This document shows, in pieces, positions 32,916-42,172 of a DNA stretch of 64,000 nucleotides. The stretch is taken from NCBI GenBank assembly GCA_965250285.1, contig OZ252299.1, positions 640,001 to 704,000 on the forward strand, read 5' to 3'. This stretch comes from Myxococcota bacterium (lineage in GTDB: Bacteria; Myxococcota_A; UBA9160; UBA4427). Each line of letters begins with the position of its first letter. Position 1 is the first letter of the stretch. The notes under the pieces are model-generated. The model was not told the origin of the DNA. It searched no databases and saw only the letters and a list, made by a program, of their open reading frames with translations. The position numbers were made by a program, and so were the translations under genes.

Positions 32916-35261
32916 CTAGCCGTCGCTCTGCTCGCGCTCGGCGCGCAGCGCCTCGACCCGGGTGCGCAGCGCTTCGAGGCTCTCGAGGGGGTCGCCACGG
33001 GCCGCTTCGATGCCTGCGAGGATCGACTTGCGTGTGCGCACCCCGTCGAGCGTCAGCTGTGCATCGTCGAAGAGCGGCTCGAGTGAGGCAAAGAGCGTGT
33101 CGGGTAGCACCTGCTCGAGGTATTCGAGCCCGGTCCCGCGCTGGGCCGGCGAGCCGCTCCCGAGCGCGCGAATCGCGAGCACGAGGCCGTCACGATCGAG
33201 CACGCATAGCAACAGGGTCCAGACGCAGACGACGCCTTCGACGACCCGGCGGCCCTCGGGTGAGTCGACCGGGTCGCCTCGCCGAATGCGCGCGTCGAGC
33301 GCCGCCCGCGCACGCCAGCGCCGCAGCGCTGCCGCGGCCTCGTGCTCGGCGACGGCGAAGACCGTGGGTGTCTCGATGATCAGGTCGTCGTTCGCGCGAC
33401 GGATCCGTAGCAGGCTCGAGGCGGCGCGAAAACGAAGCTCGAAGTCGTGGTCGCCGAGCATCTCGATCAGGCCCGTTGCGCAGCGCTGTGTGGGAACACG
33501 GCCGAGCAGGTCGCAGAGCCGACGGCGCACGCCGATGGGATGTCTGAGATCGAGGGCCGCGTCGATCAGTGTGCCGACGCAGATCGGTGCGATGCGTCGC
33601 AGCGACTCGAGCGCGAGATCGCCGACGCCGGGTGTGTCGACCAGAGGCACGACGATCGGCGCCAGCTCGGTGGGGAGGCGCGGCATGGCGGTCAGCACCG
33701 CTGCAGCGCGCGCCGGGTCTCCCGACCGGAGCCGAGCGGCTGCGACGGTGAGCGGATCGAGGTCGTCCGCATCGATGGGGGGCAGCGGATCGGGTCGAAA
33801 GGGCGTCTGATGGGCCGGCGGGGCCGGGGGCTGTCCTTCCGCGGGCGCGCTCGACTCGCCTGGCTGAGCAGAGAGGCGGTCGATGAAGGCCGTGCGTCCC
33901 AGGGCCGGCCCCGCGTCGCTCGTGGCCGCGAACGTCGCCCGAGCGACGGCCCCGGTGCGGGTCGTCCCGAGCGCCTGGACGAGGGTGAGCTCGGTCGTCG
34001 CGTCGACCGTCTCGACCTGGGTCGGATCGATCTCGCCCGCGCGCAGGCGCTCGGCGAGAGATGCGATGTAGCCGTGATGCAGCCGGCGCGTGACCCACAC
34101 GCCCGCCGCGCTCGCCGCGATGCCCGCGACCAGCACGGCCTCGGTCGCGATCGCCGGGATCGCCGCCAGCACCGCCATCGTCACGCCGGCTCCGAGTGCG
34201 GTGCCCAGCTTGTCGCCGCCGACGTCGATCAGCGCCTTCGTCGGCCGCTTGCGTTCGGGGAGCACCGGCGTGTAGAGCAGCTCGTAGCCCGAACGGAAGA
34301 GCGAGTTCTCCATCACGCCGACGCCGCCCCGGGCCGCTGCGGCCGAGGTGAGGCCAGGGAAGACCAGCCCCACGAGGCCGAGCACGACGCCCGACGTCGG
34401 CAGTGCGCCGGTGGTCGCGCTCAGTCCGAGTCGCCGGAGCACGAAGCCCGCCGCACCGTTCTGCACGACGAAGGTGACCAGGTTCAGCGCCATGTAGAAG
34501 AGCGCGAAGAACGACACGAGCTCGGCGCTCGAAGCGAATCGCTCGGCGGCCGACGCCTTGAATGCGTAGTCGTACGCCGCCTGGGCCAGCGAGACGAGCA
34601 GCATCAGGGCGAGCAGGTGCTGCAGATAGGGCGTCGCGCGAATGATCGACATCGCCCCGCCCGCTTCGCGGTCGGGTGCCGTCACCTCGTGGTGGCCTTG
34701 CCCGATCGCGACCACGCCGACCGCGCACAGTCCGTTGAGCGCACCGATCACCGCGATCATCGTGGGGATGTCGATGAGCGACGCGCCCCACCATGCTGCG
34801 ACCCCGCCGAGCACGCCGCCCAGGGTGGCCCCGCCGGTGATCCGCGGCATGAGCCGCTTGGCCTCGTACGGATCGAAGCGTTCGTTGACGACCGACCAGA
34901 ACGACGAGAACGCGACCGCCGACAGGCTCATGATGTGCAGGTAGACGGTCACGGCGGCGACCCTCGGGAGCGCCCGCGCCAGCAGCCACTCGGCCCCGAA
35001 GAGGGCTGCGCTCATGGCGAGGATGACCGGCAGGCTTCGAGCCGGCGCGATGCGGCGCAGGAGTCGCGCGCTGCCCAACACCACGGTGACGCTCAGCGCC
35101 GAGGCCGCGAGCATCACATAGGGCAGGGCGGTCGCGTCGTAGTACGTGAGAAAGAAGCCATCGCGTAGGGCTCGGCTCGCGACGAGCTGGGCGACCATCG
35201 CGATCGCCACCGCGACCGAGGCGGCGAAAGCGCGGCGCGAGTTGTCGCTGGCTCGGCTCAA
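32916..35261 (-). CDS. NTT/TLC-like MFS membrane protein fused to a HEAT-repeat-like C-terminal domain
   Basis: About 12 TM segments with RDGFFL..Y....LP, FWSVVNERFD.YEAKR, DY.FK, ELLYTPV..ERK..TK..ID motifs; helical C-terminus. Confidence 0.75.
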   Translation of the reverse strand: MSRASDNSRRAFAASVAVAIAMVAQLVASRALRDGFFLTYYDATALPYVMLAASALSVTVVLGSARLLRRIAPARSLPVILAMSAALFGAEWLLARALPRVAAVTVYLHIMSLSAVAFSSFWSVVNERFDPYEAKRLMPRITGGATLGGVLGGVAAWWGASLIDIPTMIAVIGALNGLCAVGVVAIGQGHHEVTAPDREAGGAMSIIRATPYLQHLLALMLLVSLAQAAYDYAFKASAAERFASSAELVSFFALFYMALNLVTFVVQNGAAGFVLRRLGLSATTGALPTSGVVLGLVGLVFPGLTSAAAARGGVGVMENSLFRSGYELLYTPVLPERKRPTKALIDVGGDKLGTALGAGVTMAVLAAIPAIATEAVLVAGIAASAAGVWVTRRLHHGYIASLAERLRAGEIDPTQVETVDATTELTLVQALGTTRTGAVARATFAATSDAGPALGRTAFIDRLSAQPGESSAPAEGQPPAPPAHQTPFRPDPLPPIDADDLDPLTVAAARLRSGDPARAAAVLTAMPRLPTELAPIVVPLVDTPGVGDLALESLRRIAPICVGTLIDAALDLRHPIGVRRRLCDLLGRVPTQRCATGLIEMLGDHDFELRFRAASSLLRIRRANDDLIIETPTVFAVAEHEAAAALRRWRARAALDARIRRGDPVDSPEGRRVVEGVVCVWTLLLCVLDRDGLVLAIRALGSGSPAQRGTGLEYLEQVLPDTLFASLEPLFDDAQLTLDGVRTRKSILAGIEAARGDPLESLEALRTRVEALRAEREQSDG

Positions 35262-35276
35262 GCGGCGCTCCTGCGA

Positions 35277-37334
35277 TCAGCTGCGTGACTCGGCGACGAC
35301 CACTTCGACGCCCGACGCCATCGAGCTGCCGGCGCTGACGGTGCCGTCGGTGAGCAGCGCCTCGGCGTATCCGCTCCACCACGCGACGGCGTCGTCGTCC
35401 GCCCATGGCTCCACCTCGCAGGCCCGCAGAAGCTCGGCCAGTTTGGCGGCGCTCGCGGGTCGATCCGCCGGATCTTTCGCGAGGCACGACATGACGACGT
35501 ACTCGAGGTCTTCGGGCAGGGCTGCGCCGAGTCGCTGCGAAGGGAAGGGCGGCATCTCGCGCAGCTGTTGGTGCAGGATCTCGCGCACGTCGTTCGTCTC
35601 GAACACGGCGTGGCCACAGAGCATGTAGTAGGCGACGGCGGCCAGGGCGTAGAGATCCGACTGCGGGCTGCTGCTGCTCGACGAGAGGATCGTCTCGGGG
35701 GCGAGATACATCGGCGTGCCTGCGATGACGTCTTCTTCGTCGTCGATTGCCTCGTTGCCGCTGAGATCCTTGACGAGGCCGAAGTCGAGGATCTTGACCG
35801 TGTCGCACACGCCGCCGCGGCGCGTCAGCATGATGTTCGACGGCTTGATGTCGCGGTGCAGAAGCCCCTGATCATGGGCCTCCTGCAGCGAGCCGCACGC
35901 CTGGGCCAGTGCGTGGACCACGCGACCCGGCGGCACGGGCCCGGTCGATTGCACCAGGGACTCGATGGTGAAGCCCTGCACGTACTCCATGGCGTAGTAG
36001 AAGATGCCCTGGGGCGTACGGCCGTAGTCGAAGATCTCGATCGTGTTCGGGTGCGTCAGCTGCGAGGTCAGCTGCACCTCGCGCTGGAATCGCTGCTGGG
36101 CGCGAAGGTCCTGTGCGCTCTCGGCGCGCAGCAGCTTGATGGCCGTGGGGCGGCGCAGCATGGCGTGATGGGCCAGGTACACCTCGCCCATGCCGCCCTT
36201 GCCGATGCGCTTCTCGATCTCGTACTGCCCGAGCGTCTTGGCGCGCTCGAGCACGTTGCGGATCTGCCGCTGCAGTCGAAACGACACGAACAGTGAGCCC
36301 GCCGACAGTGCGCCCATGAGCGTTGCGAGCGCCATGACGAGCACGCTGGCCCGAGTCAGATCATGCGATCGCTCGGCGGTCGCTTCGGCCTGGCTCGCCG
36401 CGAGCAACGAGGCAGTGGCGCGGGCCTCCTGGACCAGCGGCTGGCCTTCTTCGACGTAGAGCAGCTGGGCGACGCTCAGCTCGGAGGCGCGCCGCATGGC
36501 GACGACCTCCTGGGCCTGAAGCTCGTACGCGACGAACTCGTCGAGTGCGAAGAGCAGCAGCGCTTCGAGGTCGCCGTCGGTCGTCGGCTGGACGTCGACC
36601 GCGAGCTTCGCCGCCAGCGAGCGGGCGAGCTCGAGCTCGCCGAGCGTCGCGCGCTCGCGCACCTCGCTGTAGTCGTCGAGGTAGGCCGACAAGGCGAGGT
36701 CGGTGCGCGAGATCGACGAGCGAAAGCGGGCGAGGTTGGCAACGAAGTCGATCGATCGCTCGCCGCTGTTCGTCATGCTGTACTGGTCGATCGACTCGCG
36801 CAGGCTGCGGAGGAGGCTGGTGCGCAGCGGCCGAAGTCGCATCTCGTAGGCGACCGCAGCGGGCTCGTTGCCGGGGGTGTGCGCGACGTCTTCGATCGAC
36901 CACTGCACGATCTTGAGCGCGCGCAGCACCTCGCCCAGGTGGGCGATCTGCTCGGCGACGGCCGGGTCGCGCGATCGCTTCGCCAGTCGTTCGAGCTCTG
37001 CCTGGGTCGGCTCGATCTCTTCGGCCCAGATCGCTCGCCGCTGCGCCCGCGCCTCGGGACGACCGTAGGCGACCCATCCGCGCAGGGCCGCGAGCGATCG
37101 GTTGAGCTCGGCGTTCATCACGGCGGCCTGGCGCGCGAGCGGCGCCGCGGTCTGGCTCTGGTAGCGCAGTTCGAGGCCGAACCAGATCGCGAAGACGAGC
37201 GTCACGATCGCCGAGAGGAGGCCCACGGTCGCAACCGTGCCATTCGAGGAGAGGAGCCCCTCGGTCAACCGGCCGCTTGCGCTGGCGCCGCGGCGCCAGA
37301 TCGAAGAGCCCGCGCGTGAGCCGGGGTCGGCCAC
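35277..37334 (-). CDS. Transmembrane Hanks-type Ser/Thr kinase with helical extracytoplasmic sensor
   Basis: TM / ~270-aa helical domain / TM; IGKGGMGEV, AIK, HRDIKPSN, DFG, GTPMYLAPE. Confidence 0.92.
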   Translation of the reverse strand: MADPGSRAGSSIWRRGASASGRLTEGLLSSNGTVATVGLLSAIVTLVFAIWFGLELRYQSQTAAPLARQAAVMNAELNRSLAALRGWVAYGRPEARAQRRAIWAEEIEPTQAELERLAKRSRDPAVAEQIAHLGEVLRALKIVQWSIEDVAHTPGNEPAAVAYEMRLRPLRTSLLRSLRESIDQYSMTNSGERSIDFVANLARFRSSISRTDLALSAYLDDYSEVRERATLGELELARSLAAKLAVDVQPTTDGDLEALLLFALDEFVAYELQAQEVVAMRRASELSVAQLLYVEEGQPLVQEARATASLLAASQAEATAERSHDLTRASVLVMALATLMGALSAGSLFVSFRLQRQIRNVLERAKTLGQYEIEKRIGKGGMGEVYLAHHAMLRRPTAIKLLRAESAQDLRAQQRFQREVQLTSQLTHPNTIEIFDYGRTPQGIFYYAMEYVQGFTIESLVQSTGPVPPGRVVHALAQACGSLQEAHDQGLLHRDIKPSNIMLTRRGGVCDTVKILDFGLVKDLSGNEAIDDEEDVIAGTPMYLAPETILSSSSSSPQSDLYALAAVAYYMLCGHAVFETNDVREILHQQLREMPPFPSQRLGAALPEDLEYVVMSCLAKDPADRPASAAKLAELLRACEVEPWADDDAVAWWSGYAEALLTDGTVSAGSSMASGVEVVVAESRS

Positions 37335-37340
37335 GACGCG

Positions 37341-38393
37341 TCAGGAGCCTTCGCTCTGGGCGGCGTCTTCGACGAGCGTCGCGGCCACGAGATCGTCGAG
37401 GATCGCCTCGAGCAGACCCGCGCGCTGGTACGCGTGGGCGGGAAAGCGGCGGCCGGGGTAGTACGCGCGCGCCGGCGGCCGCGCCCCGGGAACGCGGCGG
37501 TGTACGTCCGACAGCTTCTCGACGATCAGCGCGGCGAGATCGCTCACGTCATTGGGCGACACGCGGGCGGCGTCCTCTTCGACCGGCTCGAGCATCAGCA
37601 CCTGAATGCCCTTGTCGTTCGCGAGCAGGGTGATGAGCTCGAAGCAGCGACGCAGGCGCATGAAGACGTCGGCCGGCATCCGGTCGGGTTCGAAAGGGGG
37701 CTCCTCGGGCATGTTCCGCCCGTCTGGAATCGTCGCGTGCAGCACCGCGGCCGCGTGCACGGCCGCGGTCACGAGCTGGAACACGTCGCTCGGCGACGTC
37801 TGCTGGTCGAGCAGGTGATTGACCTCGGCGCCGGCGTGCGTCGCCGCGTTGAAGACCTCGCTCGGCGTCGTCGTCTCGGGCTCGGCGACCTCGGCGACGA
37901 CCTCTTCGATGCCGAGCTCGCGCTTGACCAGCAAGACAGAGGCCAGGGCCGAGTCGACCACGCCGAACACGTCAGCGGGCCGCACCGTGCCCGAGATCGG
38001 CATGATGTCGTTTCGCACGACCCGCACCTGCTCGAAGGCGAGTCGACTCGCCCGGGTGTGCAGGTTCAGCGCTTGCGAATACACCTCGCCCGGGTGGGCC
38101 TTCATGGCGCCGAGGAGCGGTTCGGGCGCGGGCGGCTTGCCCATGTAGCGGCGCAGCAGCTCGGTGTTCGCGCGCAGCAGCTCGACGCGGGCGAGCACGT
38201 CGGCCGGCACGATGCTGTCGGGCATCGAGAGGCGTCGACCGCTCACCGGCGGCGGCGTCTCGTCTTCGAGCGTGGCTCGGGCAGCGACCGGGCTGCCGAG
38301 CCCGGTCACAGCGAGGCCGACGAGCACGAGGGCGAGCCGGCGCGGGCTGCGGTGCCAGCGGTCGACGAGACGGGCCAGACGGGCAGCGTTCAA
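37341..38393 (-). CDS. Secreted hypothetical protein with repeated P-x-[DE]-V helical motifs
   Basis: Signal peptide LALVLVGLAVTGLGSPVAA; PADVL, PGEVY, PADVF, PSEVF, PSDVF, PADVF, PNDVS; start codon uncertain (TTG). Confidence 0.7.
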   Translation of the reverse strand: MNAARLARLVDRWHRSPRRLALVLVGLAVTGLGSPVAARATLEDETPPPVSGRRLSMPDSIVPADVLARVELLRANTELLRRYMGKPPAPEPLLGAMKAHPGEVYSQALNLHTRASRLAFEQVRVVRNDIMPISGTVRPADVFGVVDSALASVLLVKRELGIEEVVAEVAEPETTTPSEVFNAATHAGAEVNHLLDQQTSPSDVFQLVTAAVHAAAVLHATIPDGRNMPEEPPFEPDRMPADVFMRLRRCFELITLLANDKGIQVLMLEPVEEDAARVSPNDVSDLAALIVEKLSDVHRRVPGARPPARAYYPGRRFPAHAYQRAGLLEAILDDLVAATLVEDAAQSEGS

Positions 38394-38640
38394 CGGGCTT
38401 CCTTCGCGGTGAGCGCGGTCGGGTGCGGCAGCGGCGCCGCAGGGGGCGGCCCTCGCGCGTGTGCCGCGCGAAGCGCACGGCGCCGAGAGAGTAGGCGCCG
38501 GATGCGCCGGGCTCCACAGGCCCGGGCGGGGTGTCCGATTGCGCCTCGCGCGGCGCGTTCTTCCGATTGCGTCGCCTCGCCCCACAATTATCCTTGCACG
38601 CTTCGGGCTCGGAGCGTGCCGCGAAGCAGGGAGCATCCGG

Positions 38641-40134
38641 ATGGGAAGCGAGTCGACGGCCGACGTCACGTTGATCGGCGCAGGCATCATGAGCGCGACG
38701 CTCGCGGCGTTCTTGCGTGAGCTCGAGCCCGAGATGCGGATCGAGATCTTCGAGGCGCGCCACGCGCCTGCGGAAGAGAGCTCGGACGCCTGGAACAATG
38801 CGGGCACGGGGCACGCTGCGCTGTGCGAGGTGAACTACACGCCCGAGCGCGAAGACGGCTCGATCGACATCTCGAAGGCGCTCGAGATCAACACCGAGTT
38901 CGATATCTCGAGACAGTTCTGGTCGTACCTCGTCCGCGAAGGGGCGATCGATTCGCCGGGGCGGTTCATTCACCCGGTGCCTCATATGACCTTCGTCTGC
39001 GTGGACGAGCAGATCGAGTTCCTGCGTCGGCGTCACGCCGCGCTGACCGAGCACTTCTGCTACCGCGGCATGGCGTTCTCGGACGATCCGAAACAGATCA
39101 GTGACTGGGTTCCGCTCGTGATGGAGGGGCGCGATTCGGCACAACGCGTCGCTGCGACACACATGCCCACTGGTTCTGACGTCGACTTCGGTGCGCTGAC
39201 GCGTGCACTGCTCGATTACGTCACCCGCGACGACGCCTGCCGCGTGCACTACGACGCCACCGTGACCGATCTGACGCGGTCGCCCGACGGCGGCTGGACG
39301 CTTCGCGTGCACGACGAAGCGCACAGTGAGTACGCCGAGCATCAGACGCGTTTCGTGTACATCGCAGCCGGGGGTGGCGCCTTGCCCCTCCTCCAGAAGT
39401 CGGGGATCCCCGAGAGCCATGGCTATGCGGGCTTCCCCGTAAGCGGCATCTGGCTGCGCTGCGAGAACGAGGCGCTCGCTGAGCGACATCACGCCAAGGT
39501 CTACGGCAAGGCCTCGGTTGGGGCGCCGCCGATGTCGGTGCCGCACCTCGACCATCGGGTCATCGATGGTCGCCATGCGCTGCTCTTCGGCCCGTTCGCG
39601 GGCGCGTCGACGAAGTTTCTCAAGCACGGCTCGCGCCTCGACCTGCTGAGCTCGGTCCGCTGGGAGAACATCGGGCCGATGATGAGTGTCGCGATCGACA
39701 ACGTGCAGCTGCTCGAGTACCTGGCAGGCCAAGTGGTGCAGTCGGAGCACCACCGCTTCGAGACGCTGCGCGGCTTCTACCCCGATGCGCACCCCGAAGA
39801 CTGGGTGCTCCAGGTCGCGGGCCAGCGGGTCCAGATCATCGAGCGCGCACCGGGGCACAAGGAGAAGGGCATCCTCAAGCTCGGCACCGAGCTCGTCGGG
39901 GCGGCCGACCACTCCTTGATCGCCTTGCTGGGCGCATCCCCGGGCGCATCGACGGCGGCGTACCTTGCGCTCGAAGTGCTGTCGAACTGCTTCGCCGAGC
40001 AGGTCGAGGGGCGCTGGTCGAAGAAGCTCGCCGAGATGATCCCGTCGTTCGGCCAGTCGATCGCCGACGACGAGGCGTTGTGTCGACGCGTCCGTTCGTC
40101 GACGGCCGAGGTGCTCGGTCTCGTCGACCTCTAG
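38641..40134 (+). CDS. mqo: Malate:quinone oxidoreductase
   Basis: IGAGIMSATL; WNNAGTGHAALCE.NYT; GAPPMSVPHLD; LLGASPGAST. Confidence 0.96.
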   Translation: MGSESTADVTLIGAGIMSATLAAFLRELEPEMRIEIFEARHAPAEESSDAWNNAGTGHAALCEVNYTPEREDGSIDISKALEINTEFDISRQFWSYLVREGAIDSPGRFIHPVPHMTFVCVDEQIEFLRRRHAALTEHFCYRGMAFSDDPKQISDWVPLVMEGRDSAQRVAATHMPTGSDVDFGALTRALLDYVTRDDACRVHYDATVTDLTRSPDGGWTLRVHDEAHSEYAEHQTRFVYIAAGGGALPLLQKSGIPESHGYAGFPVSGIWLRCENEALAERHHAKVYGKASVGAPPMSVPHLDHRVIDGRHALLFGPFAGASTKFLKHGSRLDLLSSVRWENIGPMMSVAIDNVQLLEYLAGQVVQSEHHRFETLRGFYPDAHPEDWVLQVAGQRVQIIERAPGHKEKGILKLGTELVGAADHSLIALLGASPGASTAAYLALEVLSNCFAEQVEGRWSKKLAEMIPSFGQSIADDEALCRRVRSSTAEVLGLVDL

Positions 40135-40208
40135 GCTCGACGCAGCCTGCTTTCCTGTGCTCGGCAGGTGCCCCTGTGCCCGCCGCACGATTCAACGGAG
40201 TGACACCG

Positions 40209-40820
40209 ATGATCACGCTCTATCACCTGCGACCCTCTCGTGCCGAGCGCATCGCCTGGCTGCTCGAGGAGGCCGGTCTCGAGTACGAGGTCGAGGCCTT
40301 CGATCGCGACGCGACGTTCCGAGCCCCGGATAGCCTCCGCGCGGTGCATCCCCTCGGCAAGTCGCCCTTGCTGCGCGATGGCGACCGGGTGATCGCCGAG
40401 TCGGGCGCGATCGTCGAGCATCTCGTCGAGACGCACGCACCGCAGCTGGCCCCCGAAGTCGGCAGCGAGGATCGCGTGCGCTACCTCGAGTGGCTTCACT
40501 GGAGCGAAGGGTCACTCGCCGCGAGCGTGGTGATGGATTTCATCGTGTGCGGTGGGATGGTGCCCGGGGTCGAGCCCGGTGCCATGCCCGAGATGCTGGC
40601 GACCGAGCTCGGCCGTGCGCTCGACTGGGTCGAGACCGAGCTCGGGGGACATGATTTCGCCGTGCGGAACGGCTTCACGGCGGCCGATCCGATGCTCGTC
40701 TGGGTGCTCGACTTCGCTGCGATGCGCGGCCACGTGGGCGAGCGCGCTGCGATCACCGGCTACCTCGAGCGCATGCATGCCCGGCCGGCTTATCAGCGCG
40801 CCAAGCAGCGCGTCGAGTGA
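40209..40820 (+). CDS. Glutathione S-transferase family protein
   Basis: SRA.RI.WLLEE; HPLGKSP; ESGAI; FTAAD. Confidence 0.92.
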   Translation: MITLYHLRPSRAERIAWLLEEAGLEYEVEAFDRDATFRAPDSLRAVHPLGKSPLLRDGDRVIAESGAIVEHLVETHAPQLAPEVGSEDRVRYLEWLHWSEGSLAASVVMDFIVCGGMVPGVEPGAMPEMLATELGRALDWVETELGGHDFAVRNGFTAADPMLVWVLDFAAMRGHVGERAAITGYLERMHARPAYQRAKQRVE

Positions 40821-40833
40821 CCTTCGACCGGCG

Positions 40834-41847
40834 CTAGTCGGAGGAGCCCGGCTCCCGCGGATGCCCGACCCGGTCGAGGCTCTGGCTGAGCGCCTTGTGA
40901 TAGATGATGCTTCCGTCGGGCTCGCGGATCTCGGGCCGATCGAATCGCGTCATTTGCGCGTCGAGCCCGGGCTCTTCGGCAGGCCAGAGCCGCGCGTTCC
41001 AGTTCGGTAGGAAGAAGTGCACGATGCTCGTGCGGGCGCTGCCTTCGGCCTGGCCGTCGGGTGCGGCGACGACGCGATGGCGCGTGGCGCGGACGCGTCC
41101 ACCGCTGATGAACGTCAGCGCTTCTCCGACGTTGACGACGAAGTACTCGTCGGTTGGCTCGACGGGCACCCAGGTGTCGTCACCGGGCAGCATCACCTCG
41201 AGCGCGGCGAAGCCGTTCTCGGGGACACTCTGGTGAAGCACGGTGATCAGCGTGTCGTCGTAGTGCGCGCCCATCCGAAGGCCGCCCGACTCTTCGGGGT
41301 AGGCGAGCATGCGCATGACACTGACTGGATGCGACGCGAGCGCGGCCCAGGCGTCGCGACCCAGACCGAGCTCTTCGCGCACACGATCGAGGAGCCGCAA
41401 GCAGATCGCGTCCATCCGCGCGTAGTAGTCCTGCCAGAGCCGCGCCATCTCGGGGTCGGGGAACACGTTGGGCTCGAAGTAGACCTCGGCTTCGGGGGCG
41501 CCAAAGTAGTCGGGGTACTCGGCCCGCTCCGATTCGGTGACCGTCCTGCCCATCGAGTACTTCTGACATAGATCCATCTGATCGGAGTCTTCGCCGTAGC
41601 CGGCCGCGCCCGACTCCGAGCCGTACGGCGACCAGCCCCGCAGAAAGCCTCGGTACGATGCCTTCTCTTCGATCGGGCGAGCCATGAATTCGAGGGTGGT
41701 CCGCCGTACCCCGTCGAGCAGATCGCGCGGGACCACGTGGTCGCGCAGCAGAAGGAAGCCGGTCTCGAAGAGCCCGCGCGAGAGCTCGTCGCGTGAGTTC
41801 GGGTCGTCGAGATCAACGATCGGCAGGTCGGCGTAGGCGGGGGGCAT
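40834..41847 (-). CDS. Isopenicillin N synthase-family 2OG-Fe(II) oxygenase (start may be 41937)
   Basis: LPIVDL; GFLLLRDH; HYD...H facial triad; NVGE; RTS. Confidence 0.85.
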   Translation of the reverse strand: MPPAYADLPIVDLDDPNSRDELSRGLFETGFLLLRDHVVPRDLLDGVRRTTLEFMARPIEEKASYRGFLRGWSPYGSESGAAGYGEDSDQMDLCQKYSMGRTVTESERAEYPDYFGAPEAEVYFEPNVFPDPEMARLWQDYYARMDAICLRLLDRVREELGLGRDAWAALASHPVSVMRMLAYPEESGGLRMGAHYDDTLITVLHQSVPENGFAALEVMLPGDDTWVPVEPTDEYFVVNVGEALTFISGGRVRATRHRVVAAPDGQAEGSARTSIVHFFLPNWNARLWPAEEPGLDAQMTRFDRPEIREPDGSIIYHKALSQSLDRVGHPREPGSSD

Positions 41848-42172
41848 TCGAACAGTCTCGGTGGCTGGATCCGGCGGCGTCGCGCTCGCATCGGGAGAGA
41901 CGATACTGCGTGACCGGGGCAGGGGACGTCCAGACATGGGTCGAAACCGACGCGAACGGTGCCAGGGGCGGGCCCCTCGGGATGCTGCGTGGAGTCGCGG
42001 TGTCGGTGCCGGCACAGGTCGACCCGCGCCCTTCCGTCCCGCAACGCGGCCCGGGTCGTGGCCCTGAAAACGATCGGCCGCGTTTCCGCTTCGGCCACGC
42101 CTTTCGCACGCCGATACACACGGTTGCGCCGGATCTGCGGGCCGTGCCACGCCCCGGGGCGAGGAGTGTGGG

